Shown piece after piece: positions 63,340-64,000 of a stretch of DNA of 64,000 nt. Under the pieces are notes generated by a model. That model was not told the DNA's origin. It did not search any database and saw only the letters and a list, made by a program, of their open reading frames with translations. The translations under genes were made by a program, and so were the position numbers. Position 1 is the first letter of the stretch. Every line of letters starts with the position of its first letter. The DNA is from Eledone cirrhosa. Lineage: Eukaryota. The stretch is taken from positions 124,001 to 188,000 of the forward strand of contig OZ024749.1 of assembly GCA_964016885.1 (NCBI GenBank), read 5' to 3'.

Positions 63340-64000
63340 ATCCACACTTGCTCCTTGTGGCTTCTGATGCAGACATCATGTCCGCCATCAGCTCCTTCCC
63401 AGCTAGCAGCTGCGGAGATGTTGATGGTCTCTGACCAGGCCTCCTCAAGGAGTTGATATCTCCCCTCTCCGCTGAGGCCGGGTGCCGCCTTCTGAGTGCA
63501 ATTGTGGCGCTCACCAATAGGCTCATCCATGGCGCCCTGGACTCTTATGCTCGAGGCCTCTTTTTTTCGGCCAGCCTCACCGCTCTCAGGAAGAAAGAGA
63601 TTGGCATACGCCCCATTGCTGTGGGCAATGTCTTCCGGAGGCTGGCAGCCAAAGTGATCTGCAAGTCCGTAACACTCTGAACCGGCATCCAGGGACTCCA
63701 GCCACCTCATTGTCAAGTTTGACATGAGGAATGCCTTCAACTCTTTACGCTGGGATCATCTGCTCGAGGCCTGCCTCAGCCGAGCCCCCTCTGCCTAGCT
63801 GTCATATGGAGCCCCGAGCATGCGCCTTGCTGCTGATACGGTCATACCCTCGGCTACTGGGATCCAACAGGGCAACCCTTTGGGACCCCTCCTGTTCACC
63901 CTTGGTATTGACCACATCGCCCGCTCTCAACGTTTGGTATCTGGATGATGCTACTTTGGGTGGGCCCGTACAGGCGGTCTGCCATGACCTTCAATCGGTA
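63340..64000 (+). mobile_element. Decayed CRE-like element, cut by the window end
   Basis: Same RT motifs with an extra stop and a small deletion; shares variants with the 41-kb copy. Confidence 0.85.

Larger units (their letters stand above)
16300..64000. repeat. ~5.9-kb macrosatellite; unit starts near 16300 (deleted), 20201, 26100, 31989 (+RTE), 40573 (truncated), 50431 (+LTR), 56792, 62752 (partial)
   Basis: Identical ORF sets recur at ~5890-5960-bp spacing, e.g. the 127-aa ORF at 22412, 28284, 34173, 42781, 52621, 59002. Confidence 0.97.

Overview
Eukaryotic, gene-free, repeat-derived DNA. The SINE/RTE families and (TA)n/(TAYG)n tracts resemble coleoid cephalopod (octopus-like) genomes; this is an inference. 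Two nested tandem structures make up the window. (1) 1-16.5 kb is two 8.47-kb units. Each holds an intact full-length RTE-clade LINE (1041-aa APE + RT ORF with a C4HC3 PHD-type finger inside the RT), joined tail-to-tail with an older 5'-truncated RTE, plus a ~22-bp minisatellite. (2) 16.3-64 kb is a ~5.9-kb macrosatellite (8 full or partial units) built from retroelement debris: a decayed CRE-like RLE-endonuclease element, a 3' end of another LINE, an unclassified cassette (tRNA-like Pol III head plus a 30-bp-arm palindrome between direct repeats), an internally deleted RTE, and a tRNA/CORE-type SINE with an RTE tail. Single units carry private events: a 2-kb deletion, a young RTE insertion, a solo LTR, and a foldback element plus a 4-kb block. 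No host protein-coding gene, rRNA, canonical tRNA or CRISPR array could be supported.
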